DNA of 64,000 bases from Folioceros fuciformis (lineage: Eukaryota): the NCBI GenBank assembly GCA_049999805.1, contig JBNGIO010005880.1, forward strand, positions 45,391-109,390, given 5' to 3'. Position 1 is the first letter of the stretch. Each line of letters opens with the position of its first letter. The notes below the pieces were generated by a model, which did no database searches, was not told the origin of the DNA, and was given only the letters and a program-made list of their open reading frames with translations. Shown here piece after piece: positions 62,287 through 64,000 of the stretch. A program made the position numbers and the translations under genes.

Positions 62287-63106
62287 ATGTCTCCGGTCGT
62301 GGGGCAGGGGAAGCATGGGGATCCTCTGAGCTCCTTTTTTGTGAGTGGTCCAATTATCAATGCGGGGCATGCGCAAGGAGCGGAAACAGCAGAGAGCAGG
62401 ACTGAGCATCAGGGAGGTCCCCGCGCTGGCGCTTTTACTCTCAACAGGAACAATATTGGGTTCCAGGTGAGGCAGGTGTTGCTGATTTCAGGGTTTCAGG
62501 GGACCGCAGAGGGCTTGAGACTTGTCTGTAAGGAGCCTGACTCGTGTGGAGAGGTTGTAACCATGGGATGAATTGTCGGGTGATTGGCAGCTTCTGAGGA
62601 AGTCAGGGTGGAAGGAGGGCTCGGGCCTTGGAGCAGCGGAGCAGGTTAGGGTTTTTCGTTGTGAAGAGTGTTGGGTCTGGTGTGACCTATGTTTCAGAAT
62701 TTTTGAAGGGGCTGAATGGAGTGTTGGTTCTTTCTGCAGGGAATTGTTGCTCCGGTGGAGCCTCGAATCAAAACTGGACGGGAGGGGATAGGATCTTCGA
62801 AAGACGACACTAAGAACATTTATGTAGCGTCTACAAGACGGCCGCCGAACCTCCAGGTGAGGCTGTCGTTGCCCGGAGTACAACTGGTGAGTGGCCGTGG
62901 CTTGTCATTTCTGTAAAGCCTTCGGTTCTTGTTCTGACCTCGAGATGATTGGTCCTCAGAGCCTGAAGAAGGAGAAGGAGAAGCAGCAGAAGCGGTCGAA
63001 ACGGTCGAGGAAGAGAGCAAGAGAAAGTCTGGAAGAGGAGATGCGCATGAGGGCGGTGCAACAAGAAATTGATTTCCGAAGGGAATTCTGGCCTGACAAC
63101 GTCTGA
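62287..63106 (+). CDS. Small G-patch domain protein, multi-exon (start uncertain)
   Basis: NNIGFQ|LLRKSGWKEGSGLGAAEQ|GIVAPV...GREGIG, ending in a basic/coiled-coil tail FRREFWPDNV*; GT-AG introns. Confidence 0.8.
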
Positions 63107-64000
63107 TGAATCAAGGGGTCCCGACTCGCCTCAAAATCTATACGGATCTCTATCTGCTGTAAGCAACTGTTCTAGAACTAGCTGTCACCTCGATTTGTAA
63201 CCATTTAACTGCTTGCCATGTTGCTGACTACGAGTTTATGCACAGGTGAGAGGATTCGCATACCGTGTTTATCTAAGTGACTGCCTTAGTCTGACAAGAA
63301 CACCCGTGTCACGGTCGTCGGCGAATGTGGGTAGACTCTTGCATGGCCTTTCGCTTTCTTTCACTAGTCGGCTCAGTTTGCTCGACAATTTCCTCTCTGG
63401 GGTATTAATTTGAGTTCGTTGGTAAATCAGGTCCATACGAGATTCTAGGGACGGTGATTGAGGCAAAAGCATTTAGTTGGTGGGTTTGAAGGGAGTACCT
63501 TACGGCTACAAGTCCTCTGAGAGAACTTCCAGGTGGAGTTCCCCGCGAAGTGCCGCAAAGTGAGGCGGCAATAGTAGTAAGAGTCCAAAAAAGTTTAAAT
63601 AAAAAGAAAGCCCGTCCTCCGACTGGGATCCGGTGGCCTAATCAAGGTAAAGCAGGATCTCCATCAAAGTGCCGTCGAATGCGGCGCAAGCTCAGGTTCA
63701 GTGACAACTGAGTACAGCATATGCTACCTGGAGAGTAACATAGGCGGCTCTCGAACGCGAACCAATGATTATCCCGTTTCCAAGTTACTGTTGGCGGCAC
63801 CTGGCAGTTCAGAGGCCCCTGACTAGCGAACGCTGAGTGGACAGCACCATCCTGTTCCGCAGAAGCAGTCTTTTATGTACATGTGTGGGTGGACAGCACT
63901 CATTCCAATGCTCGTGCCTTTGTAACTCGGGAACTGTCAACACTGGGTGTGTTTCTTTGTCCACCTCCTAGTGATGAGCATAACTTGCAGCTGTCATCAT

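Overview
Eukaryotic, gene-dense nuclear DNA with short GT-AG introns. It most likely comes from a seed-free land plant. A hornwort is the best guess, inferred from PLS-class PPR genes with a 'QSWWTD' (WW-type) PG box and from a flagellar CFAP100 gene. GC-richer blocks carry an HSPA12-like Hsp70, a DUF1475 membrane protein, a TRM9-like tRNA methyltransferase, SUA/RBM5, DDX19/LOS4, CDC20, tRNA-Lys(UUU), an RbgA/YlqF GTPase, AP-1 sigma, a DUF248 methyltransferase, SRP68, two long PLS-PPR genes and a small G-patch gene. Between about 17.7 and 32.5 kb lies a transposon-relic region that becomes AT-rich, holding CFAP100, a Gnk2/DUF26-like gene and a spliced H3.3-derived histone gene that the ORF track largely misses. 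The histone is the most striking feature: its fold is intact, but the tail has K9R, T11N and K14M and has lost the ARKS context at K27. Other candidates are a TIR-bounded element with an internal minisatellite, a structured H/ACA-like RNA behind telo-boxes, PPR genes with decayed deaminase domains, and an anticodon-shifted tRNA pseudogene. Exon boundaries were read by eye and no database searches were run.
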